IMG/VR virus record: IMGVR_UViG_3300005613_000043
From: a virus
Lineage: Duplodnaviria > Heunggongvirae > Uroviricota > Caudoviricetes
Direction: 5' to 3' (one strand)
DNA length: 64,000 nucleotides
Below are positions 30,227 through 40,800 of this stretch, one piece after another. Made by a program: the position numbers and the translations under genes. The notes below the pieces were generated by a model. The model was given only the letters and a program-made list of their open reading frames with translations, was not told the origin of the DNA and did not search any database. Each line of letters begins with the position of its first letter. The stretch's first letter is position 1.

Positions 30227-32293
30227 ATGAATAAATCAAGATTAATCCAATGGGGGCTTCTTTTTATAGTAATTTTTATCACATTAGGTTTTTCTTCCGA
30301 AACATTGATTAGAGATACTTATGTTAAAACAGATGATTCCAACACTACTAATATCTATACAACTAATCTATACGCTACAAACTTAGAACAAGATTTAGAC
30401 GGAACAGGATTTGATTTAAAAATAGATGATTTAAACATAACTGGAAATGTAAAGAATACTGCAACTTGTGTTGTAGACTTAGATGGTTATGGTGATTATA
30501 CAGATATTCAGAGTTGTATTGATTCTATATCAAATGGAACTGTATATGTTAAGGATAATTTATTTTCAATATCAGACACAATTGAATTGAAGTCAAAAAT
30601 AGCCTTACATTGTGATGCAGGAACAATATTACAGTTAGCAGTTAGTACAGATAAGGATATGTTCAACACAACAAACGGTGCAACAGAAGTAAAAATAATA
30701 GGATGCAATATAGATGCAAATGATGATGGACAAGGGGATAGTTCTTATGCTATCAAATTTTATAATACTACAAATTCATTGGTGCAGAATTGTAACATAA
30801 CAGATTCAAGGGATGGTGGTATTTTTATTTCAGGTATTGATTCAGAGAAAAATGTTATAGACAACAACTGGATTCATTATGACTTCTCAGGAGGTGGTGT
30901 ATTAGTTGATGGCTCTGACAACAAAATCACGAATAATCATATAAGGAATGATAAAATAACCTTGGGTGCAGGGTATTGTATATATGTGAGACAAGCCAAT
31001 AGTACTCTTGTTGATGGTAATTATATGTACGGTGGAGAAATGGGGGTCGGATTAGCAGAGGTAGCAGACGAAGAAAATATAGTGACTAACAATTTTGCTT
31101 TTAATACATTTGACGCAGGATATAAAATTTCAGGTTCGGTTAGAGGTATAATATCTAACAACTGGGCTATAAATTGTACCTATGGGTTTGATGTTTCAGG
31201 AGCAGGAACAAACGACATAACATTAAGTAATAACTATGCTTATGAAAGTGGTGCATGGGGGTTTTATGTTGGTGTGAATAATTCAATAATAATAGGAAAC
31301 ACTGCAAAAAACAGTGGCCAAACTACTGATGCCAGAGCAGGGTTGACTCTTGTAAACGCTTACAACAATACAGTTATAGGTAATCTATTTTACGATGACC
31401 AAGCATCATCAACACAAGATTATGGGATTCTTGAATCAAGCGGTTCAGATGAAAATATATACATAGGAAATAAACTGCGAAACAATAATGTTTCAGACAT
31501 GACTTTAGTTGGAACACATAATATAGTTGTTCAGGATAGCATATCGGGTATGAGCCATTTAAATGCGACAAGAGGTTATGTAACAAATTGGAATGTTTCA
31601 GGAACTCTTACGGTTGGTACTGTTTCAGCTGATTCCATAGAAGGGGTTAATAGTTTGTATTACGCAGAGCCAATCCTTAATCTTCAAATGAATAGGAATA
31701 GTTCTTCTACTATTTACGATTATTCAAAATTTGATAATGATGGAACTTTATCCGGTGGAACTTGGGTATCAAATTGTAAATATGGTGGAGCTTATGATTT
31801 TGATGGAACTGATGATGAAATTACAGTCAGTGCGTCAAGTGAACTAAATATTTCAGAAAGTATAACAGTTATGTGTTTTGTGAAATATGATTATAGCGGT
31901 GCTGTTAAAGGTATAATAGATAAAAGAGCAGGTTCTGGTGTGATTAATTACAGAATAATTGAATCAGCAGACGGAAGTTTGGCTTGTGATTTTTATGATG
32001 GAACTTCTGAAATAATACCTGCTTCTGGAACTGCTTATAATGATGATATATGGCATCATGTAGCTTGTGTTAGAAATGCCGATACCAATAGAGCATTAAT
32101 TTATGTTGATGGAATTTTGGAAGATAATGATACTGACACAACGGTAGGTGTAAACCTCCTCGCAGCGGGGGGATTAACAATAGGAGACACAGGCGAAAGT
32201 GGTAAGAATTTCAATGGAACAATAGATGAAGTCAGACTTTATGATAGAGCATTAACTACAAACGAAATAAAAGCTTTAGCTGTAGGATGTTGA
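30227..32293 (+). CDS. secreted parallel beta-helix (pectin-lyase-like) protein with C-terminal LamG/ConA-like lectin domain; receptor-binding / depolymerase candidate
   Basis: signal peptide; PbH1-type repeats (NCNITDSRDGGIFISG, NNWIHYDFSGGG, NNHIRND, NNFAFNTFDAG, NNWAINCTYGFD, NNYAYESGAWGF); C-terminal ...GKNFNGTIDEVRLYDRALTTNEIKAL is the LamG_3 hallmark. Confidence 0.7.
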   Translation: MNKSRLIQWGLLFIVIFITLGFSSETLIRDTYVKTDDSNTTNIYTTNLYATNLEQDLDGTGFDLKIDDLNITGNVKNTATCVVDLDGYGDYTDIQSCIDSISNGTVYVKDNLFSISDTIELKSKIALHCDAGTILQLAVSTDKDMFNTTNGATEVKIIGCNIDANDDGQGDSSYAIKFYNTTNSLVQNCNITDSRDGGIFISGIDSEKNVIDNNWIHYDFSGGGVLVDGSDNKITNNHIRNDKITLGAGYCIYVRQANSTLVDGNYMYGGEMGVGLAEVADEENIVTNNFAFNTFDAGYKISGSVRGIISNNWAINCTYGFDVSGAGTNDITLSNNYAYESGAWGFYVGVNNSIIIGNTAKNSGQTTDARAGLTLVNAYNNTVIGNLFYDDQASSTQDYGILESSGSDENIYIGNKLRNNNVSDMTLVGTHNIVVQDSISGMSHLNATRGYVTNWNVSGTLTVGTVSADSIEGVNSLYYAEPILNLQMNRNSSSTIYDYSKFDNDGTLSGGTWVSNCKYGGAYDFDGTDDEITVSASSELNISESITVMCFVKYDYSGAVKGIIDKRAGSGVINYRIIESADGSLACDFYDGTSEIIPASGTAYNDDIWHHVACVRNADTNRALIYVDGILEDNDTDTTVGVNLLAAGGLTIGDTGESGKNFNGTIDEVRLYDRALTTNEIKALAVGC

Positions 32294-32296
32294 GAG

Positions 32297-35200
32297 TTGA
32301 AAAGATATGAATATAGTAAAAAAAAAAACTTAATTTTATTTAGTATAGTCATTTTATTTTCTATCTATCTTGTTAATGCAACTATTTATTATAAGTTTCC
32401 TTCTGAAAAGAATTTCACTGAGATTATAGTCTATCCTACTGGAGCCAAATTCAACACCACTAATTTCACTATCATTCCATCTAGTGGGGAAGTGAATGTG
32501 ACTATTATCAATGTGACTGAAACACACTCGTTCTTCAATATAACTGGGGAGAACCAATTAGTTAATATGATATTTCAGAATAGGACTTCGACAGATTTCC
32601 TCTGGGATTTGACAAACCATAACATCACGAAAAAGACAGATTTAGACACTTCCAATTCAACTGTAGTTGCAACTTCGACTCCAAGAATGTTTGTTCTTCT
32701 CAGCGGGCAGTTCAATCTAACAGAAGGCTCTAAAACAAAACTATATGATACTTCTAATAATCTGATAGATGATGAAGTCCCAATTACTATTAAAACCGCT
32801 ACTAATTCCTCTATTCTGATTAATTCGACTTACGACTTTGACGAGATTGACCTTAGGGTAAATGTTACTTCAGTTTCTAATATGACTAATGTAACTTGGT
32901 ATTATAAAGGATTTGACTATGCTATCGCAATAGCAGTTGAAACAGCTAATGTAACTTACGGAAACGGGTTAGTCTTCGACTTAAAAGGAATCAATATCAG
33001 CTCAACTGGGGATAATGAACTAACTTATGTGAATACTACTCTTTGGAATGTGAGCGAGCCAGTTTGGAAATTATATCCCCTTGAGGACTCATATATAAAT
33101 TCAAAATACCCAACTGCTTCGTTTTATGATTACACAAGATTAGAATCAGGGGCTTTATTAAGGAATTACAACTCATGGGCTTGGCTAAAATTTGACAAGT
33201 CATCAGTTAATTACTGCGACAAGGCATACCTCTGCATGTATAGGTATCATGCATATTTATTATCAGACCAAGATTTCAAGCTTTACTATTCGCATAATCA
33301 GACTTGGACAGAAGGGGAATTGACTTGGAATGTAAAACCAGAATGGAATGATGCTCATGTTTCTAACTTAACTATGACTTCTGGAAGTTCAGATGATGAA
33401 TATTACTGCTGGGATATAGCAGACGCTTACTGCGATAATGTAAACGACAACGCAACTTACATGCTAAGAGTAAAGATTGAGACTTTTGACACTGGAACAG
33501 AACATGCAAATTATACAACTGAATCTATAGGAGCTAAGAGGAGTTATGACCTATATGTAGACGAGGCAAACTCAACTGGCAATTTCAACGATTCGGCTGT
33601 GATTGAGCTTTTAAATGTTACTGGAGCTTCAAGGTGGGGTTATCTGGAAATTGCTCCTTCTTCCATTTACTTCCCAGGGTCGAGAGTAAACAATGCAACC
33701 CTTTACATGTATGTCCCAGGAGGGTGCAACCAGTCCCTTAATGTATCAGTCTATAGGACTTACGAAGAAAATACAACTGATACCATGACTTGGGATTCTA
33801 AACCTAAAATAGACACTTCTGACTTGGGAAAAATAGACGAGATAAATATGACAACAACTGGTTGGAAGACGCTTAATATCACCGATATGGTTCAAAGGTC
33901 TGCCTTAAGCGGGGGATGGTTCACTTCTAACATATCTTTAAGGTTCGCTCCAACTACTGAAGGTGGAGACACAACTACAATTCTTGACGGTGGGGAAACA
34001 ACTAAGAGGTTTAACTTTACTACTAATGGAAATAAAACCGATTACATTAAGATTCCAAAATATGTAAATGTGACTTCTGCTTATATTAATTTAACTGGTA
34101 AAACAACTTGGATTGATACAAAATGGAATAATACTCTTCCAGACCCAACCGTTCATCATGTAGTCATTAGCCCGGGAGGTGATGGAGATTATACATGCAC
34201 CGATACTCATGCTGGAATTGGAGATTTTACTCATGCTTCCAGCACTCCTTATGCTAATGCTAATTTCGCATGGAATGTATCGAGTTGGAATACAGCTTGG
34301 TTTAACTGGACTGCTGTATACGGATACGCAAATGTTGAAGGTAGTGGAGTAGGTGGCGGGGATGAATCATACTATATTAGAGGTGGTGATACATGCACTG
34401 AAACTTTGGCTGATATTTGTGCTGAAAGAGAAGATGGTGACAATGCAATTCCAGAATGTACTGAATGGACAGAAAACTCGACAAGCCCTCCAGGGGATTT
34501 CGCTAAAAAAAGCATTTTTAAAGTAACCGCTCCTACTAAAGGAGATGTAATCGCATTAGGGGCTTTTGCTGGGTCTACAGCTGGGCTTAATTTGAAGGTA
34601 GGAATTAAATGGGAAGGAGATTCTTACTTAAAGATTACAATGGAAAATAGAACTTGCGACTTCCCTGAAAATGTTTCAATAGATTTCAACAACGATGGAG
34701 ACTATGATTGGATAAATTCTGGCAATTTAACCACCACAAATAGAACCATTGATTTCGCTTCGGATATTAATACATTTTTAACTACCTGTTCTCCAGATGC
34801 GAATGGATTATGTTCATTCCCGATTGTCATTCATGCAGATGTAAATGGTACAGTTATTCTTGATGATATTGAAATCAATTATACTGGCTCTTGTTTTGCC
34901 TCATGCGAATACGATTCATACGACCCTATAGTTGAGATTGGATTCACATACACCACTAAAGACGCTTACGCTTACTTCAACAGTTCAAATACTTCAGGAA
35001 CAGCTTACGACCCATACTTAGTGGCTAATATTAGCTGGGGTTTAAATGCAACAAGCAACAATGGAACATTTGAGCCATTCGGACAGACAGACACCCAATG
35101 GATTCATAAGGTCTGCTCTGACCCTGAATCTAACGGACCAATTGATATTTACCTTAACTTAACCGATATAGTGAACTCAACAGGAGACAGTTTAACTGAG

Positions 35201-35428
35201 TTACCAGCATGCGTAACAAGTTTCTATCATTACGGAAATTCAACCAATGTTGACTCGGCTTGCGAGGAGAATATAACAGGAAATACAGCCGTTAAAGTCC
35301 TTGATGGGCTAAAGAATGGAACATGCGCTTATATATGGGAGAATCTTACGTTTTCCGATTGTACCGTGGGTGATGCATTTTCGTTCAATTTTTCTTGGTC
35401 TGCAACGACTGAATCATTTGGAGGATAA
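32297..35428 (+). CDS. 1043-aa secreted, extremely sequon-rich adhesin-like protein with DNRLRE/CBM-like domain
   Basis: signal peptide; roughly 55-60 N-x-S/T sequons by hand count; segment YPLEDSYINSKYP...NYNSWAWLKFDKSS...ELTWNVKPEW matches the DNRLRE-type pattern. Confidence 0.5.
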   Translation: MKRYEYSKKKNLILFSIVILFSIYLVNATIYYKFPSEKNFTEIIVYPTGAKFNTTNFTIIPSSGEVNVTIINVTETHSFFNITGENQLVNMIFQNRTSTDFLWDLTNHNITKKTDLDTSNSTVVATSTPRMFVLLSGQFNLTEGSKTKLYDTSNNLIDDEVPITIKTATNSSILINSTYDFDEIDLRVNVTSVSNMTNVTWYYKGFDYAIAIAVETANVTYGNGLVFDLKGINISSTGDNELTYVNTTLWNVSEPVWKLYPLEDSYINSKYPTASFYDYTRLESGALLRNYNSWAWLKFDKSSVNYCDKAYLCMYRYHAYLLSDQDFKLYYSHNQTWTEGELTWNVKPEWNDAHVSNLTMTSGSSDDEYYCWDIADAYCDNVNDNATYMLRVKIETFDTGTEHANYTTESIGAKRSYDLYVDEANSTGNFNDSAVIELLNVTGASRWGYLEIAPSSIYFPGSRVNNATLYMYVPGGCNQSLNVSVYRTYEENTTDTMTWDSKPKIDTSDLGKIDEINMTTTGWKTLNITDMVQRSALSGGWFTSNISLRFAPTTEGGDTTTILDGGETTKRFNFTTNGNKTDYIKIPKYVNVTSAYINLTGKTTWIDTKWNNTLPDPTVHHVVISPGGDGDYTCTDTHAGIGDFTHASSTPYANANFAWNVSSWNTAWFNWTAVYGYANVEGSGVGGGDESYYIRGGDTCTETLADICAEREDGDNAIPECTEWTENSTSPPGDFAKKSIFKVTAPTKGDVIALGAFAGSTAGLNLKVGIKWEGDSYLKITMENRTCDFPENVSIDFNNDGDYDWINSGNLTTTNRTIDFASDINTFLTTCSPDANGLCSFPIVIHADVNGTVILDDIEINYTGSCFASCEYDSYDPIVEIGFTYTTKDAYAYFNSSNTSGTAYDPYLVANISWGLNATSNNGTFEPFGQTDTQWIHKVCSDPESNGPIDIYLNLTDIVNSTGDSLTELPACVTSFYHYGNSTNVDSACEENITGNTAVKVLDGLKNGTCAYIWENLTFSDCTVGDAFSFNFSWSATTESFGG

Positions 35429-35438
35429 TGGTGATGAA

Positions 35439-37442
35439 ATGCCTAAAGTTGTAATCCCCCCATCATCCACAATTCCTTCTTTTCCACCTGCAAGTGTGGA
35501 TGTAGTTTATGGGAAACCGAAAAAAACATCTGTTTATTTTAAAGACGCAAGCAGTGGTTCTGAAAAATCATTTTCTGACTTTTTAATCTTCTGGGACTAT
35601 ATAGTCGAGTTGAATAAACTCAAATCATGCAAATTAACTTTAGTTGGTCTATCAGCAAGTGATTTTACAACTTACGTTAAAAAGAAAAATACATTTAAGT
35701 TATTCTCCGAAGAGCATTTCGCAGGAAAGTTTAAAATAGAGGAAGTCAAGAGAAAAGAGGATTACACAATAGAAGTCAAGGGAATAGGCATGGGAATCAC
35801 CCTACAGGAAGCTGTAACTGACCAGTCAACATATAATTATTATTCCGAGGATACCCCGACTATAGTAACCGAGATATGCACTGAAATGAACATTAATGAG
35901 AATCAGGATTTAGGAAATGTAACTGGCTCGTTCTCATGGCAGGATAAGTTAAGCGCTTTGTTTACTATCTCAAATTATTTCCAAGCCGACTGGTGGGTTG
36001 ACCAAGTATTCCCATTCGATACCGACAGGTTCAATATTAAGCAAAGAAGAGGCAGTGTTCCAGTTGTGAGAAATTACTATGATGACGGCTCTAATAGAAA
36101 TGCAAACATAACTAAAAGAATCAATACTGAATTTCATGTAAATGATATCAGCCTAAGAGGTAAAAATGATGCGGATGTATTCCCAATAGGTCATGCGACC
36201 GTTACAGATGTTGTTGCCGATTCTATTGTTACTTCTTTTCCAATTTATAAGTCAACTTATAAAACAGTTAGAGAGTCTAATTTCGTAATTAGTACAGTAT
36301 TGTGTACAGAAGAGCCTCAATGGGTTCAGCTTCAGGTTTATGACGGGAATGATTGGCATAACTACCGAGAATTAACAGTCAAAGCTAACAGGGTTTCCTC
36401 TTATACTTTAGATGTGAGGAATGTGTCATTAAATGGAATCTGGATGAGACCTTTAGGGTGGAGAATAAGGCTTGTAACCCACGCAAGCAATACATGCGAT
36501 GTTACGATTAGTTTTGCGAGGACTATCCCATTAAGGGTGAGAATGTATATGGTGAATGACTATTATTCTAAACTTGACGCAGATTTTACTGTATCTGAAG
36601 GAGTTCCTTTTGATATTGCATGCCAAGACTCGGTTAGTTTTCCAGATAAGGGGATTGTTAAAATAGGCAACGACTCTATTGGTTATCTTGACAATGAAGG
36701 AAATGTATTAGCTAACTGCATAGCTGACGTATACGCAGGAGCATTAGAAAAGCATAGGGCTGGGATTATAATCTACCCTGTTTATGATGCCGAAGGCAAG
36801 GCTGATACATTCTTAACTGCTAACGTTAGCGCTGGGGTATCGACTTATACAGTAAACGATACAACTGGTTTTCCAAGTTCAGGAAGCATTATCATATCTG
36901 ACCAAGTAATCGACTATACAGGTAAAACATCAAGTTCCTTTACTGGTTGCACTAATAACGAGCCAACCGACTGGACAAGTATTGAAGTTCCCCATTCGCA
37001 ATATACAAGAGTATTTGAATACGACTCGACCAAACATTATCTCCCATCCGCTCCCAAAACAGGAAGCTTGGTTCAATCAGAGAGTTTGAAATCAGGAAAG
37101 TATTTTGACAGTTCGTTGGATGACGAGACAACTGCTGAAGTATTAGCTTCGGCTATAATGGAGGCTAATTTAGACTCTAACGTAATAGCTGAGGGGGGTC
37201 TAATCACCATAGATATAGAAGTCGACCATCCTTGGCTGGAGATGGGAAAGGTAAATTTAGGGGATACAATCTACGTTAATTCTATCTCAACAAGGGCTAA
37301 CATAGACGGAAATTATAGGGTGAAGAAAATTCACTGGTATTTCAACTCTAAATATGGTCACAGGATGATAATAGAAGCGGGTAGCAAGAAGAATTTATTT
37401 GTTGAGAAGTTAATGTCCAAATGGAAGCAATTGGCTGATTAG
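35439..37442 (+). CDS. large hypothetical tail/baseplate-associated protein (no signal peptide)
   Basis: track ORF 35316..37442 trimmed to ATG 35439 just after the upstream stop and GGAGGA/GGTGA; 667 aa. Confidence 0.4.
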   Translation: MPKVVIPPSSTIPSFPPASVDVVYGKPKKTSVYFKDASSGSEKSFSDFLIFWDYIVELNKLKSCKLTLVGLSASDFTTYVKKKNTFKLFSEEHFAGKFKIEEVKRKEDYTIEVKGIGMGITLQEAVTDQSTYNYYSEDTPTIVTEICTEMNINENQDLGNVTGSFSWQDKLSALFTISNYFQADWWVDQVFPFDTDRFNIKQRRGSVPVVRNYYDDGSNRNANITKRINTEFHVNDISLRGKNDADVFPIGHATVTDVVADSIVTSFPIYKSTYKTVRESNFVISTVLCTEEPQWVQLQVYDGNDWHNYRELTVKANRVSSYTLDVRNVSLNGIWMRPLGWRIRLVTHASNTCDVTISFARTIPLRVRMYMVNDYYSKLDADFTVSEGVPFDIACQDSVSFPDKGIVKIGNDSIGYLDNEGNVLANCIADVYAGALEKHRAGIIIYPVYDAEGKADTFLTANVSAGVSTYTVNDTTGFPSSGSIIISDQVIDYTGKTSSSFTGCTNNEPTDWTSIEVPHSQYTRVFEYDSTKHYLPSAPKTGSLVQSESLKSGKYFDSSLDDETTAEVLASAIMEANLDSNVIAEGGLITIDIEVDHPWLEMGKVNLGDTIYVNSISTRANIDGNYRVKKIHWYFNSKYGHRMIIEAGSKKNLFVEKLMSKWKQLAD

Positions 37443-37599
37443 ATTTCCATCCAATTTTTGATTTCTTCAGGGCTTTCTATGACAATATCATCAGATTCAT
37501 CTTTTTTCTTAGGAATGACTTTTGGTCTCTTCTCTTTTAATATTTCAAATTCTAATAATGTCCGCTGGGGGTTCTTGTCATTCCGATAAGGGTGTTTTT

Positions 37600-37848
37600 T
37601 CATTTAATCCTTTTCCAAATTAATTCATTTAAATCGCATTTAATACATCTTAATCGTTTTTCCTGTAGTTTGCCGTTCCAAATCGAAGAACATAAACAGT
37701 CCGACATAATTAAGAAGCTTTGGTTAATTGTTCCGCATTTAGGACAGGTGAATCTCCCATTAAACCACTCGGTGAATGACTGGTAGGGGTTTCTGCATTT
37801 GACTATCCTCTTCCACAGTTTCATTTCAATCATCTTTTCTAAGCCCAA
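37600..37848 (-). CDS. zinc-finger protein
   Basis: CPKCG...CIKCD motifs. Confidence 0.35.
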   Translation of the reverse strand: MGLEKMIEMKLWKRIVKCRNPYQSFTEWFNGRFTCPKCGTINQSFLIMSDCLCSSIWNGKLQEKRLRCIKCDLNELIWKRIK

Positions 37849-38202
37849 TTCTAAATGTTAATTTGAAAGTATTCGGTTTAATATTATCAAACACCCTTAT
37901 TTCTGACAGTTCCTCATTAAATTTTGGAAATTTTGGGATTATCGCATCAATCCTCCCGTCAACAATCTCCACTTTATCCACTTTGCCGTGTTTTTCTACA
38001 AACTTAATTATTTCTTTTAATTGTTTCTCATATAATTTCATTTCATCACCTCTTCCAAATTAATTCAAAAGTCTTATAATGTTTTCCTGACATGATAATC
38101 TTATTCCCATTCTTAAGGATAATTTCAGCAACACTGTTGTCTGGAATGTTCATAACGTCTTTATTTTTTTTAATGTCTATTTCTTTCATTCCTTTCACCC
38201 AA

Positions 38203-38397
38203 TCACCTCCCAATTAATTTTCCCAGTTTATCTCTAACTTCATCTTTAGTCAAGTGGTAATCATCAATCAATCCCCAGATTTCTTTTCTTGTTAAGGTTA
38301 CTTTGAATGGCTTATCTGGACATTCTTCCTGATTCACTCCTTCTTCATCTGGTAAATCGCAACCACAATATTTACATTTCACCCAATCACCTCGCAT
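38203..38397 (-). CDS. zinc-ribbon small protein
   Basis: CKYCGC...EEC. Confidence 0.35.
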   Translation of the reverse strand: MRGDWVKCKYCGCDLPDEEGVNQEECPDKPFKVTLTRKEIWGLIDDYHLTKDEVRDKLGKLIGR

Positions 38398-39706
38398 AAT
38401 TCACCCACAGCCCCAGCATAGAAACAATCCTCTAAAACATTAACCATACCTGAAATGTTTCTTTCATAATCCCTGTTAACATAGTCGCATACATCATAAG
38501 TTGTGTCCATCTTTTTCGATAAAGGTAAAGGATATTTGTCATACAATACTTTAAAAATAATTAAAATAAAACTAACTATAATGACTAAAATCGAAATAAA
38601 AATTTGAATGGTAATAAAACTTTCTTCTTTCATTTCTTAACCTCTTTTAAATTTAATAATACATCCAAATCCTTTACTTCTAGAACAAAATATTCATTGA
38701 CATTATATCCTTTCTTATTACAATCTTCTATTGCCTTCTTAAGCATTGGATTCTCTCTAATTTGTTTTTTCGTGAATAATTTTTTAGTTATCATTTTAAA
38801 TCATCTTTTTTAGGAAACCATATTATATTTGCATTGTTATGACCACAAGTAAATTCAACAGCAGTTCCCCCATAAACTTTTTTCAAAGGTTTTCCACAAA
38901 CGCTGCATTTTGGATATTTCATAATTTCTTCGATATTCATTTTAATTCCTCTCTTGTTAAATTGAAAAAATATGTAAGTAATGCTAACATACCATATTCT
39001 GCTCCATATCTGAACATTTCATTATTCCAAAATCTTTTCGCTATCTTGCCACGACAATCGATGGGAAACGAATCCAATATGAATGGAACGACTGTATTTG
39101 AACTTTGTATATTTTTAATCCAACATCCAATAACATCTTTCATGGCTGTTCTGTAAGCTAAGATTGTCGCCTTATCACTAATAGTTAAATTTTTCAATTT
39201 CTTTTGTATGTCCTTTTCTAATTCTAATTTCATAGTTCAATCACCTCTGGTTTTCTCCTTTTAGAGCATTGATGCTTTTTAGCATCGTCTTTATTTGGCA
39301 AATATGTATGACATGTTTTGCAATACCAAATCTTAATCACCTTATTTTACGAATTTTTTGATTAATCCAATCAATTCCTTCCCACATTTAAGACAAAATT
39401 CATTTGAGCATACTTCTCTACTTTCATAACGATGTCCTTTCTTTGGGTTTTTAAATTCCTCGATTGTTAAATTCATTCTTGAAGGTTCAATTTCCTTTCT
39501 ACACTTATCGCATACTTTCATTTTCTCACCTTAATATTTCACCCTAAAGTCCTTGTATTTTTTAATATTCTCATAACCACAACTATTACAAACAAAACCA
39601 TATTCATAGTTCCCATCTTTTGGGATTAATAATGGCTTCAACTTGACTGAGTTACAGACTGGACAATGCTTTCTGCCTCCTCTTTTTGAAAATATTTTTG
39701 CATTTT

Positions 39707-39895
39707 TCATGATTTATTCCTTTTCCTCAATAATCTAAGTTCATCCTCTTTTTCAATTGCTTCTTCCATGTCTTTTGCGAACCATAACGAACACCCCATT
39801 AATGTTCCATGTACTCTTGTTTTACATGTCTTTATCCTGAAACATTCGGAACATGGCTTGATTTCTGAATTCATTTTTTTACCCAATACAACCAT
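39707..39895 (-). CDS. zinc-ribbon small protein
   Basis: PCSECF...CKT...GC. Confidence 0.35.
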   Translation of the reverse strand: MVVLGKKMNSEIKPCSECFRIKTCKTRVHGTLMGCSLWFAKDMEEAIEKEDELRLLRKRNKS

Positions 39896-40065
39896 CTTCC
39901 TTTAGCGATTCTTTTGACCAATCCTCTTTTTTCCAATTCGTACAATACATGCTTGACGATGTAATAGTCTATACCTAAAAATCTGGCTATTAATGTGGTT
40001 GGTGTCCTTTCTCTGCCTGATAGAAAAGCAAGGATTTTCTCTTCTTGTTTTTTAAATTCATACAT
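39871..40065 (-). CDS. winged-helix transcriptional regulator (MarR/TrmB-like)
   Basis: EKILAFLSGRERTPTTLIARFLGIDYYIVKHVLYELEKRGLVKR is a classic wHTH; first gene after a 425-bp divergent intergenic region. Confidence 0.5.
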   Translation of the reverse strand: MYEFKKQEEKILAFLSGRERTPTTLIARFLGIDYYIVKHVLYELEKRGLVKRIAKGRWLYWVKK

Positions 40066-40490
40066 ATGTTAATATTATTAGAAATAATAATATAAATAAA
40101 TTTCTATGTTCTAAAAAATATAATTTCATTAATAATTATCATTGAATGAGGTCTCCATTTAATTTGTAATTAAATTATTCTTTTGGTAATACTAAACGAA
40201 TCAAACTTATATCAAGAACACACATGACTCGTTAGCTAAGAGATGGAGTTCAGGAGGATAGACTTAATTATTTCCTGATTCATAGATGATATTCAGTTAT
40301 CCTGTCGTAAGACTCATTCAGGAGTTTTAGAAACAATTCTCTATTTGTTCTGACTTTCAGTAAATGACGCAAAGTTTTGACTTTTTTCATTTCTTCTTTT
40401 GTTAATTTATGGGCTGCAAATAACATTTCCAATATATAAACCTTAAATTATTTAAGTCAGGAATCTAAATTGACTCAGAGGTAAAAATAT
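40066..40490. other. 425-bp AT-rich divergent intergenic region containing GACTCGTTAG / GACTCATTCAGGAG motifs (regulatory hub or origin candidate)
   Basis: no ORF over 40 aa; divergent promoters; GACTCR core shared with the 36-bp repeat arrays at 53.6-55.0 kb. Confidence 0.3.
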
Positions 40491-40727
40491 ATGGCTAAAA
40501 CAGAAAGTTTTGACAATCTTTGGACAAAACTACATCTTGGTAGTTTAAGAGGCAACCCAATATTCAGGGCAGTTTGGAGAGCAGTTAAAGTAGGAGCAGT
40601 TACAGGGGCTTTGTTCTTTTTGGACAAATACGCAGGAATCATACCAGCTAATCTTCAGGTATTGATACCATTGATTGCAACAGCATTAGAGAAAATGTCC
40701 AGAACATTGTATCTTGAAAAGAAATAA
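40491..40727 (+). CDS. small membrane protein
   Basis: ORF track; two hydrophobic segments. Confidence 0.35.
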   Translation: MAKTESFDNLWTKLHLGSLRGNPIFRAVWRAVKVGAVTGALFFLDKYAGIIPANLQVLIPLIATALEKMSRTLYLEKK

Positions 40728-40800
40728 TCAGAACCATACAAACTCAGAGTAAGTAATTATTCAGTTTGGTGGATATTTTTATTATTTCTATCAAACTGAT

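Noticed and set aside
35316-35438. N-terminal 41 codons of ORF 35316..37442 overlapping the upstream gene
   Set aside because: It overlaps the C-terminus of the 1043-aa gene. ATG 35439 follows the upstream stop and GGAGGA/GGTGA elements, so it is the more likely start.
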